Positions 51,764 through 61,947 of a stretch of 64,000 nt of DNA are shown one piece after another (position 1 is the stretch's first letter; each line of letters opens with the position of its first letter). The translations under genes and the position numbers were made by a program. The notes under the pieces were generated by a model, which was not told the origin of the DNA, made no database searches, and saw only the letters and a program-made list of their open reading frames with translations. The DNA comes from Gammaproteobacteria bacterium (lineage in GTDB: Bacteria > Pseudomonadota > Gammaproteobacteria > Arenicellales > Poriferihabitantaceae), in contig JAJDTE010000143.1 of assembly GCA_022827325.1 (NCBI GenBank), forward strand, positions 16,034 to 80,033. The letters run 5' to 3'.

Positions 51764-51801
51764 GCAAACACGGGGTTAATGGTGCGTAAAATTTCCGTAA
51801 A
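51764..51801. promoter_or_regulatory. CpxR-like direct-repeat array
   Basis: GCAAA/GTTAA/GTAAA/GTAAA starting at 51764, 51775, 51786 and 51797 (11-bp period), upstream of the cpxP-like gene. Confidence 0.6.
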
Positions 51802-51906
51802 GAACACGTCCCGTGCCCGGCGACGGGCCGGCGGGAACGGCAGCCGCATCCGGGGGCGGATGGACCGGCTGCCCGTCGGGACCGCCGCATGGACGGTACG
51901 GCCGGT

Positions 51907-53142
51907 CTATTCCTCTTCGGCCATGGCGGCCTCTGCGGCCATCTCCACCGCCACCGGTGTCGTGGCCGCGGTGACCGGGATATAGGAATGGGTGTCGGCC
52001 ACCGCCACCGGCTCGCTGCGCGACATCCGGTACAGGCTGTACAGGCATACGAGAGCCGTGAGCGCGGCGAGAAACAGGAAGAATCCGTTCGGCCCCATCC
52101 GGTTGATCAGGATGCCGACGACCACGGGGCCGCCCATGGCGCCCACGCCGTTGATGAACATCAGCCCGCCAGAGGCGGAAGCCATCTGATCCGTCGACAG
52201 GCGGTCGTTGGTGTACGCCAGCAGCAGGGGGTACAGGGGATTGACGGCGGCGCCGAGGCAGAAGGCCATGGCCAGCAGCCACCAGACGGATTGCCCGAAC
52301 ATGCCGGCGACCGAGAACAGCGTGGCCAGGGCGGTCATGATCACGACCAGGAGACGGCGGTCCATCCGATCCGAAACCCAACCCACCGGGTACTGCATCA
52401 TCACGCCGCCGATGTAGATGGCCGTCACGAACCAGGAGATTTCCCTGACGGTCAGGCCGCGCTGGACGCCGTAGATCGAGGACATACCGAGCAGGGCCGA
52501 GAAAACACCGCCCAGGAGGAACACCCCGACGCAGCCCAGGGGAGATGCGCCCATCAGTTCACGCAGGGACATCGGCCGCGCGGTGGAATACACCGGCGTC
52601 GGCGACACGGACAGCAGGATCGGCGCGAAGGAAACGGATACCAGCACCGAAATCAGCACGAACAGCGTGTAACCGGAGGGGTCCGCCACGTTCAGCAGGA
52701 GCTGGCCGGTCACCAGGCCCGTCATCTGGATCAGGATGTACAGCGACAGGACCTGGCCGCGGGTTTCGTTGCTGGCCATGTCGTTGATCCAGCTTTCGGC
52801 AACCACATACAGTCCCGAGAAACAGAAGCCCACCATCAGCCGCATGGCGAGCCAGAACAACGGGTCCACGATGGCGGCGTAGAGGATGAAGGCGGCCGAC
52901 ACCAGGGAGCCGAGCGCGGCGAATACCCGCACGTGGCCCACCCGCCTGAGCAGTACCGGCGTGACCCGGGAGCCGCCGAGGAAGCCGATGAAATAGGCGG
53001 CCATGATGATGCCCATCCAGGAGGCGTCGATCTGCTCCAGGGTCCCGCGAATGCCGAGCAGCGTTCCCTGCAGACCGTTGCCGACCATGAGCAGCAGGAT
53101 CCCCAGCATCAGGGCCCAGGCGCGAAGAATGACAGTTGGCAT
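51907..53142 (-). CDS. MFS transporter (YcaD-like)
   Basis: GNGLQGTLL, RVGHVRVFA, ESW.N....RG and QYPVGW.SDR.DRR. Confidence 0.88.
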   Translation of the reverse strand: MPTVILRAWALMLGILLLMVGNGLQGTLLGIRGTLEQIDASWMGIIMAAYFIGFLGGSRVTPVLLRRVGHVRVFAALGSLVSAAFILYAAIVDPLFWLAMRLMVGFCFSGLYVVAESWINDMASNETRGQVLSLYILIQMTGLVTGQLLLNVADPSGYTLFVLISVLVSVSFAPILLSVSPTPVYSTARPMSLRELMGASPLGCVGVFLLGGVFSALLGMSSIYGVQRGLTVREISWFVTAIYIGGVMMQYPVGWVSDRMDRRLLVVIMTALATLFSVAGMFGQSVWWLLAMAFCLGAAVNPLYPLLLAYTNDRLSTDQMASASGGLMFINGVGAMGGPVVVGILINRMGPNGFFLFLAALTALVCLYSLYRMSRSEPVAVADTHSYIPVTAATTPVAVEMAAEAAMAEEE

Positions 53143-53275
53143 GGTGCGGGAAACCGGCCGGCATGAGCGGGGCGGCGAGTGTAGGGCAAACCCCCGGGCG
53201 CTCCAAGCGGCGGGGCATCACGATAACGATACAATATGACTTTCCAACGACAATGAATCTTCAGGCACAGGGACC

Positions 53276-55315
53276 ATGACGGACACCTTCCCGGCGATTT
53301 TCAGCCCCCTGGCGGTGGGCGGACTCGTGCTGCCCAACCGGATTGTCATGGGTTCCATGCACACCGGTCTCGAGGACCGGTTCTGGAATTACGGCAGGCT
53401 GGCCGCCTACTTTGCCGAGCGCGCGAGTGGCGGCGGGCCGGGCCTCATGGTCACCGGCGGGATCAGTCCCAACCGGGAGGGCTGGCTGGGGCCGCTGGCC
53501 GGTACGCTCAACAGCGTGCTCGACCTGCCCAATCACCGCCGGATCACCCGGGCGGTGCACCGGGAAGGCGGCAGGATCTGCCTGCAGATCCTGCACGCGG
53601 GGCGTTACGGATATCACCGCAACATCGTGTCGGCGTCCGCACTGAAGGCGCCCATCAACCGCTTCGAGCCGAGGGCGCTCGACGAAGCCGGTATCGAGCG
53701 CCAGATTCGCGGCTATGTCCGCTGTGCCCGGCTGGCCAGGGCCGCGGGCTACGACGGCGTGGAAATCATGGGTTCCGAGGGCTACCTGATCAACCAGTTT
53801 CTCTGCCGCCGCACCAATCACCGGTCGGACCGCTGGGGCGGCAGCTTCGACAACCGGGCCCGGCTGGCGCTCGAAATCCTGCGCCGGGTACGCGCCCGGA
53901 CAGGTCCCGGCTTCCTCGTCATCTATCGCCTGTCGATGATGGACCTGGTGGAGGACGGCTCAGACTGGGACGAGGTCGTGGCGCTGGGGGAGGGCGTGAA
54001 GGATGCCGGGGCCGATCTCATCAACACCGGCATCGGCTGGCACGAGGCGCGCATTCCCACCATCGTCAGTTCGGTGCCCCACGCCGCCTTCGCCGGCATC
54101 ACGGCGAAGTTCCGTGAACGCGTGGATATTCCGGTGATCGCCACCAACCGGATCAACATGCCGGAACAGGCCGAACGGCTGCTGGCGGAAGGCTGGTGCG
54201 ACATGGTGTCGATGGCGCGGCCGCTGCTTGCCGACCCGCGCTGGGTGCAGAAGGCGGCCGGGGGCCGGCGCGATGAGATCAATACCTGCATCGGCTGCAA
54301 CCAGGCCTGCCTGGACCGGATCTTCAACAACAAGACCGCCACCTGCCTGGTCAATCCGCGGGCCTGCAACGAGACCAGGATGCATTACCGGCCTGCGTCT
54401 GCGGCGAAGCGCGTCGCCGTGGTCGGGGCGGGCCCGGCCGGCCTGTCCGCCGCCCTGGTGGCAGCCGCGCGCGGACACCGGATAACCCTTTACGAGCGTG
54501 ACGGCGAGATCGGCGGGCAGTTCAATGTCGCGATGCGCATCCCGGGAAAGGAGGATTTCCGCGAAACCCTGCGCTACTGCCGCGTGATGCTGGCGAAACA
54601 CGGTGTGGACATCCGGCTCGGCGTGGCGGCGGATGCCGGTACGCTGCGCCGGGAGAACTACGACGACATCGTCATTGCCACCGGCGTACGCCCCCGCCCG
54701 GTGGATTTTCCCGGGCACGACCACCCCATGGTGCTGCGTTACGACGAGCTGATCCGGGAGGGCAGGGAAGTGGGTCGGCGGGTGGCTATCGTCGGCGCCG
54801 GCGGCATCGGTTTCGATGTCGCCGAATATCTTCTTCACGACGAGGCGCCGCCGGAATCGCCGGCGGAGGTTGCCGGCTGGTACCGGCAATGGGGAATCGA
54901 CCCGGCCTACGAGGCCCGCGGATCGCTCGTGCCCCCGGCCGCGCCGCCGCCGCGCCGCAAACTGTACATGCTGCAGCGCCGTCCGGCGCCGTTCGGCCGG
55001 ACTCTCGGCAAGACCACGGGCTGGGTGCTGCGGCTGAAGATGAAGCAGGCCGGGGTGGAGCAGATCGGCGGCGTGCGGTATGCGCTGGTGGATGATCGCG
55101 GCATCCATGTCGAGGTCGACGGCCGGGCCAGGCTGCTCGAGGTGGACAACGTGGTGATCTGCGCGGGCCAGCTGTCCGTGAACGGCCTGTACCAGGAACT
55201 GAATCCCTGGGGCCGGGAACGCCGCGTGCACCTCGTGGGCGGCGCCTACCTGTCGGCCGAGGTGGACGCGGAGCGCGCGATCCGCGAGGGCGCCGAAGTC
55301 GGCGCCAGGATCTGA
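53276..55315 (+). CDS. fadH: NADPH-dependent 2,4-dienoyl-CoA reductase
   Basis: MGSMHTGLE, QILHAGRY, GSEGYLINQF, GIGWHEARIPTI, NTCIGCNQACLD and two Rossmann GAG motifs. Confidence 0.93.
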   Translation: MTDTFPAIFSPLAVGGLVLPNRIVMGSMHTGLEDRFWNYGRLAAYFAERASGGGPGLMVTGGISPNREGWLGPLAGTLNSVLDLPNHRRITRAVHREGGRICLQILHAGRYGYHRNIVSASALKAPINRFEPRALDEAGIERQIRGYVRCARLARAAGYDGVEIMGSEGYLINQFLCRRTNHRSDRWGGSFDNRARLALEILRRVRARTGPGFLVIYRLSMMDLVEDGSDWDEVVALGEGVKDAGADLINTGIGWHEARIPTIVSSVPHAAFAGITAKFRERVDIPVIATNRINMPEQAERLLAEGWCDMVSMARPLLADPRWVQKAAGGRRDEINTCIGCNQACLDRIFNNKTATCLVNPRACNETRMHYRPASAAKRVAVVGAGPAGLSAALVAAARGHRITLYERDGEIGGQFNVAMRIPGKEDFRETLRYCRVMLAKHGVDIRLGVAADAGTLRRENYDDIVIATGVRPRPVDFPGHDHPMVLRYDELIREGREVGRRVAIVGAGGIGFDVAEYLLHDEAPPESPAEVAGWYRQWGIDPAYEARGSLVPPAAPPPRRKLYMLQRRPAPFGRTLGKTTGWVLRLKMKQAGVEQIGGVRYALVDDRGIHVEVDGRARLLEVDNVVICAGQLSVNGLYQELNPWGRERRVHLVGGAYLSAEVDAERAIREGAEVGARI

Positions 55316-55334
55316 TCCGGCACGGGCCCGGGCC

Positions 55335-55970
55335 TCAGTCTCCCGGGCGGCCTTCGAGGCGGATGATGCGGGCATGCAGTGCCGCCGCATCGTCCGGCTG
55401 GTGGGTGGAGACCACCAGTCGCAGCCGAAGCTCCTGCTGCAACTCGAGAATCAGGGCCGCGATGTCGTCCCTCAGTTCCCGGTCGAGAGCGCTGAACGGT
55501 TCGTCCAGCAACAGCACCGGCCGGCGCCGCACCAGGCAGCGCGCGAGCCCGACCCGCTGCTGCTGGCCCCCGGAAAGGCTCGTCGGCAGGCGCCTTTCCA
55601 TGCCGTCGAGCCCGACCCGCCCGAGCGCCCTCCGAATGCTCCCGCGACCGGCGCTGTCGATGCGCAGGCCGGGATCCATGCCGAGAGCGATGTTCTCCCA
55701 CACGTTCAGGTGCGGAAACAGGTTGTGGGACTGGAACAGGTAGGTCAGCGGCCTGCTGGCCGGGGCCAGGGGCAGCAGGGAAACGCCGTCCAGCGCGATC
55801 TCGCCGGACTGCGGTGTCAGGAAACCGGCGATGAGGTTCAGGATGGTGGTCTTGCCGACACCGCTTGGACCCATCAGCGCGGCGCCCTGCCCGGCTTCCA
55901 GGGAGAAGTCCGCGCCGATGGTGTGGTCGCCGCCCGAGTGGCGATACCGGAGATCGCGGCATTCAAGCAT
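55335..55970 (-). CDS. thiQ: Thiamine ABC transporter ATP-binding protein
   Basis: GPSGVGKTT, FQSHNLFPHL, LSGGQQQR and LLDEPFSALD; follows thiP. Confidence 0.88.
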   Translation of the reverse strand: MLECRDLRYRHSGGDHTIGADFSLEAGQGAALMGPSGVGKTTILNLIAGFLTPQSGEIALDGVSLLPLAPASRPLTYLFQSHNLFPHLNVWENIALGMDPGLRIDSAGRGSIRRALGRVGLDGMERRLPTSLSGGQQQRVGLARCLVRRRPVLLLDEPFSALDRELRDDIAALILELQQELRLRLVVSTHQPDDAAALHARIIRLEGRPGD

Positions 55971-57636
55971 CCCGCGCCTCCCCCCGACCGAGCCGCGCAA
56001 GCTGTTCGAGCAGCCAGAACAGCAGCAGGCACAGTGCGCACAGGCATAGCGCCGCCACTGCAGCCTGTTCCAGCCGCCAGCCGCCCAGCAGCCGGTAGAC
56101 AAGCAGGGGCAGTGTGCTCAGCCGCTCGGTGCCGAACAGCGCGATCACGCCCATGTCCCCGGCCGCGAGGGTGGTGGCGAGCGCCAGGGCATAGCAGATA
56201 GGCCGCTTGAGCACCGGCCAGTACACCAGCCGCCACAGCGCGAGGCCGGACATCCCGAGGCTTCGTCCCAGGTTCTCGAAACGCCGCCGTTGCCTGGTCA
56301 CGGGGCCAACGAGCACCCTCAGGGTGAATGCCAGGGTGAACAGGGCGTTCACCGCGATCACCATGAAATGGCCGAGCGAAAGGGCGTCGGTGTACTGGCG
56401 CAGGAGCAGGAAAAGGCCGGCTCCCAGGGTGAGCGGCGGAATGATCAGGGTCAGTGCGCCGACCAGTTCGGGCAGTGCCCGCAGCGGCCGCCATCCCGGG
56501 GAGCGGTCGAGGCCGGCGCACAGCCACGCCATGCAGAACCCCGAGGCCGTGGCGATGAAGCCGGCCGCCAGCGAGATGAGGACCGACCAGCCCAGCGCAT
56601 GCCAGAATCGTCCGTCGGTCACGATGCTCCACCCCCGGCCGTCCAGTGTGCCCAGGGCGACGGCGATGAACGGGGTCAGCAGGTAGACCGCGGCCAGCGT
56701 GATGACCGCCGCGTCGGCCAGGCGCCCCCCGGGGCCGCCGGTGTCCGGCCGGTGCCGGTCCGCTTCCATGACTGCGGCGTCGGCGGCCCCCCAGGCGGGG
56801 GCCCCCCGGAACGAGAAGAACAGCACCGTGAGGATGCCGCACAACAGGACCTGGATCAACGAAAGCGCCGCGGCCTTGGGGAGGTCGAACTCGAATCGCA
56901 GCGCCTGGTAGATCGCCACTTCCAGGGTGCTCGCAGCCGGTCCGCCGCCCAGGGACAGGACAATGGCGAAGCTGGTGAAGCAGAGCAGGAAGACCACGCC
57001 CGCCGCCCCCGGGATCACCCCCCGGAGGACGGGCCATTCCACCAGCCGGAACACGTCGCGGTCCCGGAAGCCGTAAAGCGCGGCCAGTTTCCACTGGGCC
57101 GACGGGATTTCCGCAAGTCCGTTCAGCATCAGCCGCGTCGCCAGGGGCAGGTTGAAGAAGACGTGGGTCATCAGGATTCCGGCAAGCCCGTAGAGATAGT
57201 CCTGCCGGGCATGGCCGGCGAACGCCAGGAGATCGTTCACCCAGCCGTTGCGGCCATGGACCGCCACCATGCCGAGGATCGCCACCATGGTGGGCACCAC
57301 GAGGGACACGCTGGTCAGCCGGATGAGCAGGCGCCGGCCGTAGAATCCCCGGCGCCGATGGAGCGCCCGGGCCAGCGGGATGGCGAGTCCGACGCTGAGG
57401 AGGGTGGACAGGCCGGCCTGCCAGAGGGTGAAGCGGATGATGGACCAGGTATAGGGCCTTTCCAGCACCGCGCCCACGGGCAGTTCGCCGGCATGGAACA
57501 GCAGCCCCCCGAAGGATCCGCCCACCAGGGCCAGGACGAGCAGAAGCAGCAGTATCCCGGCAGCCGTGAATCCGGCCGTCCCGGACCGGCGGCCGGCCGG
57601 GCGTACTGCAAGGGCCCCTGCGGGCATCCGCGGCAA
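55963..57636 (-). CDS. thiP: Thiamine ABC transporter permease
   Basis: FTLWQA.LST, HVFFNLPLA, CFTSFAIVL.LGGGP..TLEVAIYQ and GD.GVIALFG. Start uncertain (TTG 57636 or ATG 57627). Confidence 0.9.
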   Translation of the reverse strand: MPRMPAGALAVRPAGRRSGTAGFTAAGILLLLLVLALVGGSFGGLLFHAGELPVGAVLERPYTWSIIRFTLWQAGLSTLLSVGLAIPLARALHRRRGFYGRRLLIRLTSVSLVVPTMVAILGMVAVHGRNGWVNDLLAFAGHARQDYLYGLAGILMTHVFFNLPLATRLMLNGLAEIPSAQWKLAALYGFRDRDVFRLVEWPVLRGVIPGAAGVVFLLCFTSFAIVLSLGGGPAASTLEVAIYQALRFEFDLPKAAALSLIQVLLCGILTVLFFSFRGAPAWGAADAAVMEADRHRPDTGGPGGRLADAAVITLAAVYLLTPFIAVALGTLDGRGWSIVTDGRFWHALGWSVLISLAAGFIATASGFCMAWLCAGLDRSPGWRPLRALPELVGALTLIIPPLTLGAGLFLLLRQYTDALSLGHFMVIAVNALFTLAFTLRVLVGPVTRQRRRFENLGRSLGMSGLALWRLVYWPVLKRPICYALALATTLAAGDMGVIALFGTERLSTLPLLVYRLLGGWRLEQAAVAALCLCALCLLLFWLLEQLARLGRGEARDA

Positions 57637-57656
57637 CGGGACGCGTCCCGAAGAGG

Positions 57657-58697
57657 TTACTGACTCAGCGCCTGGTTGAATTCATCGATCCAGTCCAGCC
57701 GGTTGTCGGTGACGCCCTGGGCATTGATGGACAGGGCGCGGCTGGGCCGGACCAGGGTGTTGAAGGCGTCGGGCAGCCCCTCCTCGGGGAAGGCCACGGG
57801 ATACATCCAGTTCCCCGTGGGAATCAGTGACTGGAAGGCCGGGGTCAGGATGAAGCCGAGAAACCGCCGCGCCAGGTCCGGGTTGGGGGCGTTCTTCAGC
57901 ATGCCCGCCACCTCGACCTGCATGCCATGGCCTTCCTCGAAGGCCGCGGCCCGGTACTTGGTCTCGTTTTCCGCGACCTGGTGATAGGCGGGCGACGTGG
58001 TGTAGCTGAGCACCATGTCCGCCTCCCCCTCGAGAAACATACCGTAGGCCTCGGACCAGCCCTTGGTGACGGTCAGGATTTTCGGCGCCAGGCGCTTCCA
58101 GGCCGCCCCGGCCTGGTCGTTGTAGAGGGCCTTCACCCAGAGCAGGAGACCGAGTCCGGGAGTGCTGGACCGGGGATCCTGGATCACGATTTTCGTGTTG
58201 TCGTCCGCCTGCAGCAATGCCTCGAAACTGTCCGGCGGATCCTGCATGCGGGTTTCGTCGTAGATGAAGGCGAAGAAACCGAAATCGAAGGGCAGAAAGT
58301 GTGCATCGTCCCAGTCGCCCGGAAGATCCAGGGCGGGCACATCGACTTCGTGCGGGGCGATCAGGCCGGTATTCAGCGCCTCCACCACCTGGCTGTTATC
58401 GAGGCCCAGCACCACGTCGGCGGGAGAGGTGTCCCCCTCGAGCTGGACCCGGCTCAGGATCCCGGTGGAGCTGTCCACGCTGACGAAATTGAGGTCGCAT
58501 TCGCACACGGCCTCGAAGGCCTCTTCGACCTTCGGGCCGGGCCCCCAGTCGGAAGCGAAGGAGTCGTAGGTATATACCGTCAGGACCGGGGGGCCGGCGT
58601 CGGTTTCCGGCGCATCGGTGGATTCCTGGGCAAGGGCGGGCAGGCCCGCACCGCATACGAACAAGAGGAGAAGTTGGATTTGATGGAATTTGCGCAC
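57657..58697 (-). CDS. thiB: Thiamine ABC transporter substrate-binding protein
   Basis: LTVYTYDSF.SDWGPGP, QDPRSSTPGLG, GWSEAYG.F, SYTTSPAYH and NWMYPV. Confidence 0.93.
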   Translation of the reverse strand: MRKFHQIQLLLLFVCGAGLPALAQESTDAPETDAGPPVLTVYTYDSFASDWGPGPKVEEAFEAVCECDLNFVSVDSSTGILSRVQLEGDTSPADVVLGLDNSQVVEALNTGLIAPHEVDVPALDLPGDWDDAHFLPFDFGFFAFIYDETRMQDPPDSFEALLQADDNTKIVIQDPRSSTPGLGLLLWVKALYNDQAGAAWKRLAPKILTVTKGWSEAYGMFLEGEADMVLSYTTSPAYHQVAENETKYRAAAFEEGHGMQVEVAGMLKNAPNPDLARRFLGFILTPAFQSLIPTGNWMYPVAFPEEGLPDAFNTLVRPSRALSINAQGVTDNRLDWIDEFNQALSQ

Positions 58698-58772
58698 TGT
58701 TCAGGTCCTCGATGTGGTCTGGTCAAAGCAGTGCGGAGAGGCGAGCGGGTCGGAATTCCTGACCGTCAGTAT

Positions 58773-58870
58773 CTCAATCCCTCCGCCAGCATGATCTGGA
58801 TCAGGTTCGACGGGTTGGCCTGGAGACCCTCTCAGCCAGCCGGACAGCGTCCGGTGGGCACCCCGTTGAG
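58773..58870 (-). ncRNA. TPP riboswitch
   Basis: Minus strand CTCAAcGGGGTGC...GCTGAGA...ACCCGTCGAACCTGATCCAGATCATGCTGGCGGAGGGATTGAG, upstream of thiB. Confidence 0.93.
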
Positions 58871-59016
58871 ACAGGTTGATAATATTCGTTCAGGCCGTGC
58901 AATACAAATCCCTTCAAGGAGGACCCCGATACAGGGATTTGCGGCGAGGCCGCGATGCCGGCCGGGCATCGCGGCCCTTCATCGAACGCACCCGCCGCGG
59001 CAGCGCGCTTCGGCGC

Positions 59017-60495
59017 TCAACCCACGGACGCGGTCGACAGGAGCCACAGGCCGAACACCGTGTAGCCCACCATCAGCATTGCGAGAAACCACTGGCTCCG
59101 TACCGCGGCCCGCATGTCGTCCGGCGAACGGCCGTAGAGTTCCAGCGCGATGAGATGGGCGAGCAGGATCCCGATGATGTGTCCGAGGACAATCACGCCG
59201 GTCTGGAAGCCCCAGATCACGGAAACGCTGTGGAGGTTGTTCAGGAACGAGGTGGTCACATGGAAGTCCGGGCCGAGGCCGAACAGGTTCCATCCGCGCG
59301 CGAACGGGTCGGCAAACGCCCGCAGCGCGTACTGGCCGTTTACCATGAGCTGGGTCAGGTAGTGGGCGATGTGGAACGCCACCGCGATGGGTACGATGGA
59401 GTAGACCAGCCTTCCCGCCATCGCCCCAGGGGCGGGCCGCCCGGGGCCCCCGGGACCGGCGGACCGGCCCAGCATCACCGCGGCCAGGAACAGCAGGGCA
59501 AGCGCCACGAACGCGCCCGCCAGCCCCGCGGTGTTGAATCCGGTGACCGCGCTGCGCCCAGGGAATTCCAGCGGGTTGATGCCGCCCAGCGCCAGCCAGG
59601 CGAAGGTTTTCGACAGCCCGTCGAAGGAATTGCTGCTGAGCGCAAGCAGCACGAACAGCATGCCGGTCCAGGGCAGGGGCGCCTGGCGCAGGAAGCCCTG
59701 GCCCGGCCAGCCCAGGGAAACCCGGACGCGGCCCGGCCCTGCGGCCGGGTCCCCGCTTTCTCCCTCCACGGGTTCCCGCAGCAGCGGCGAGCAGTTCCCC
59801 ACCAGGCGGAAGAAGATGGAAAAGGGCTCCGCCCGGTGCATCCAGTCACGGTACCCGAATGCCAGGATGCCGGCGAAGGTGACCGCCCAGTACACCAGGA
59901 CCGCGGCGGCCAGCCCCGCCGGGTCCTCCGGCGCCGCATGGACCAGTTCGAACCAGGCGAAACCGAAAAACAGCAACAGGGCGGGGAGATAGCCGAGACC
60001 TGCCGGCAGGGTCAGGGGCGCCTTCGCCGGCCAGCCCAGCGCCGCCGCAAGCCGGCCGGGGGCATACCAGGGGTTGCACCATTTCCAGAGATCGCCCACC
60101 AGGAACTGCAGCAGGGTGAATCCCACCCACCACAGGGTCCAGATGCCGAGCGGAAGCGGGTTGGCCAGCGGATCCTCGCTGGCGGTGAAGCCGGCGAGGA
60201 CCAGCGTCGACAGCACGACGAACGACACCAGGCTCGGGACCAGCGGCGAGATCGTCCGCTGGGTCCAAAGGGGCAGCCGGGCCGCGATGATCCGCCCGAG
60301 CAGGCGCCTCGGCGCCAGGGCCAGCAGCAGGAAGGAGGCCAGCACGGCGATCCCGCCCCCGGTGATGGCGAACCCGGTGGGCAGCAGCATCACCAGTCCG
60401 CGCTCGGCGCTGTGGGCCATGGCGGTGACGGGCGCCGCCAGGGCGGCCGCCGCCAGGGGGATCCGCTGCAGGATGCGCCGGGTGCCTGCGTTCAT
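59017..60495 (-). CDS. Conserved hypothetical polytopic membrane protein
   Basis: Signal peptide ending AMA|H, many TM helices, motifs DPLANPLP, W..NPW, FAWFEL, SFDG, PIAVAFHIAHY and DPFARG.NLFG; host-like codon usage. Confidence 0.75.
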   Translation of the reverse strand: MNAGTRRILQRIPLAAAALAAPVTAMAHSAERGLVMLLPTGFAITGGGIAVLASFLLLALAPRRLLGRIIAARLPLWTQRTISPLVPSLVSFVVLSTLVLAGFTASEDPLANPLPLGIWTLWWVGFTLLQFLVGDLWKWCNPWYAPGRLAAALGWPAKAPLTLPAGLGYLPALLLFFGFAWFELVHAAPEDPAGLAAAVLVYWAVTFAGILAFGYRDWMHRAEPFSIFFRLVGNCSPLLREPVEGESGDPAAGPGRVRVSLGWPGQGFLRQAPLPWTGMLFVLLALSSNSFDGLSKTFAWLALGGINPLEFPGRSAVTGFNTAGLAGAFVALALLFLAAVMLGRSAGPGGPGRPAPGAMAGRLVYSIVPIAVAFHIAHYLTQLMVNGQYALRAFADPFARGWNLFGLGPDFHVTTSFLNNLHSVSVIWGFQTGVIVLGHIIGILLAHLIALELYGRSPDDMRAAVRSQWFLAMLMVGYTVFGLWLLSTASVG

Positions 60496-60591
60496 GTGGA
60501 TCCCGAAAGGGGGCGGGGGAAACGCGGCGCGGCGGGCTCGCAGGAACGCGGGTTGGGTATAATGCCGGCTGGCCCGGCACGACTACCGATC

Positions 60592-61224
60592 ATGATCCGC
60601 CCCGACGATACCGCGCTCATTGTAGTGGATGTACAGAATGATTTTTGCACCGGCGGCGCTCTTGCCGTGGCCGGCGGCGAGCAGGTGGTGCCCGTCATCA
60701 ACGGCATTATGCCCGAATTCGGCACGGTGGTGTTCACCCAGGACTGGCACCCCGCCGAACATGTCAGCTTCGCCGCCAACCATGCCGGCGCGGAGCCGTT
60801 CACGAGCATCCGGCTGGATTACGGCGAGCAGACGCTGTGGCCGGTGCACTGCGTCCAGGGCAGCCGGGGGGCCGCGTTCCATCCCGACCTGGACGACAGC
60901 TGCGCCCAGATGGTGGTCCGCAAGGGGTTCCGTCCCGGGATCGACAGCTACTCGGCGTTTTTCGAGAACGACCGTGAGACCGTGACCGGACTGCGGGGTT
61001 ACCTGGACAGCCGGGGAATCCGCAGGCTGGTGCTCGGGGGCCTTGCGACGGATTTCTGCGTGGCCTGGTCCGCCGTCGACGCCGCCTCGCTCGGGTTCGA
61101 TGTCACGGTGGTGCTGGAAGCCTGCCGCGCCATCGACCTGGACGGATCCCTGGCCGCCCAGGTGGACGTGATGCGGTCGGCGGGCGTCAGCGTTGTCGAG
61201 GCCCTTCCGGCCGGACCGGCATGA
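60592..61224 (+). CDS. pncA: Nicotinamidase/pyrazinamidase
   Basis: VDVQNDF, QDWHP..H, WPVHCVQ, RKG, DSYSAF and ATDFCV; TATAAT upstream. Confidence 0.93.
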   Translation: MIRPDDTALIVVDVQNDFCTGGALAVAGGEQVVPVINGIMPEFGTVVFTQDWHPAEHVSFAANHAGAEPFTSIRLDYGEQTLWPVHCVQGSRGAAFHPDLDDSCAQMVVRKGFRPGIDSYSAFFENDRETVTGLRGYLDSRGIRRLVLGGLATDFCVAWSAVDAASLGFDVTVVLEACRAIDLDGSLAAQVDVMRSAGVSVVEALPAGPA

Positions 61225-61931
61225 AATTCCTCGTCTTCCAGCACATCGCCTGCGAGCATCCGGGAATCTTCCGCGACCTCATGCGGGAGGCGGGGGTCGC
61301 CTGGGACACCGTGGAACTGGATGCCGGCGGGGACATTCCCGGTCTCGACGGCTATGACGCCCTGCTGGTGATGGGCGGGCCCATGGATGTCTGGCAGGTA
61401 TCGGAGCACCCCTGGCTCGAGCCGGAAATGGCGGCGATCCGGGAATGGGTGGGCGCCGACCGGCCCTACCTGGGCTTCTGCCTGGGCCACCAGCTGCTGG
61501 CCGCCGCCATGGGCGGCGAGGTGGGCCCCGCGGCGACGCCGGAGATCGGCGTGATGCCCGTGGAGCTGACCGGGCCGGGCCGGGAGCACTGGTTCTTCCG
61601 GAATTGCCGGCGCCGGATCATGTCCCTGCAGTGGCATTCCGCGGAAGTGGCCGCCCCGCCCCCCGGTGCCGTCATCCTGGCGCGCTCGGACGCCTGCCCG
61701 GTCAATGCCATGGCCCTGGGGGAGCGCGCGGCGTCGGTGCAGTTCCACATCGAGATCACGGATACCACCGTGGCGGAATGGGGCGAGGTGCCGGAATACG
61801 CTACCGCCCTGGAAAAGGCCTGTGGCCGGGGGGCGCTCCAGCACATGCAGTCCGAGGCGGACCGGCACCGGGAGGACTTCCAGTCGAACTCCCGGGCATT
61901 GTTCGAAAACTTCCTCGGGCGGATCCACTGA
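61221..61931 (+). CDS. Type 1 glutamine amidotransferase
   Basis: QH...E.PG, MGGPM, GFCLGHQ, QWH and QFHIE; ATGA overlap with pncA. Confidence 0.87.
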   Translation: MKFLVFQHIACEHPGIFRDLMREAGVAWDTVELDAGGDIPGLDGYDALLVMGGPMDVWQVSEHPWLEPEMAAIREWVGADRPYLGFCLGHQLLAAAMGGEVGPAATPEIGVMPVELTGPGREHWFFRNCRRRIMSLQWHSAEVAAPPPGAVILARSDACPVNAMALGERAASVQFHIEITDTTVAEWGEVPEYATALEKACGRGALQHMQSEADRHREDFQSNSRALFENFLGRIH

Positions 61932-61947
61932 ATCCGCCCGCATCGCA

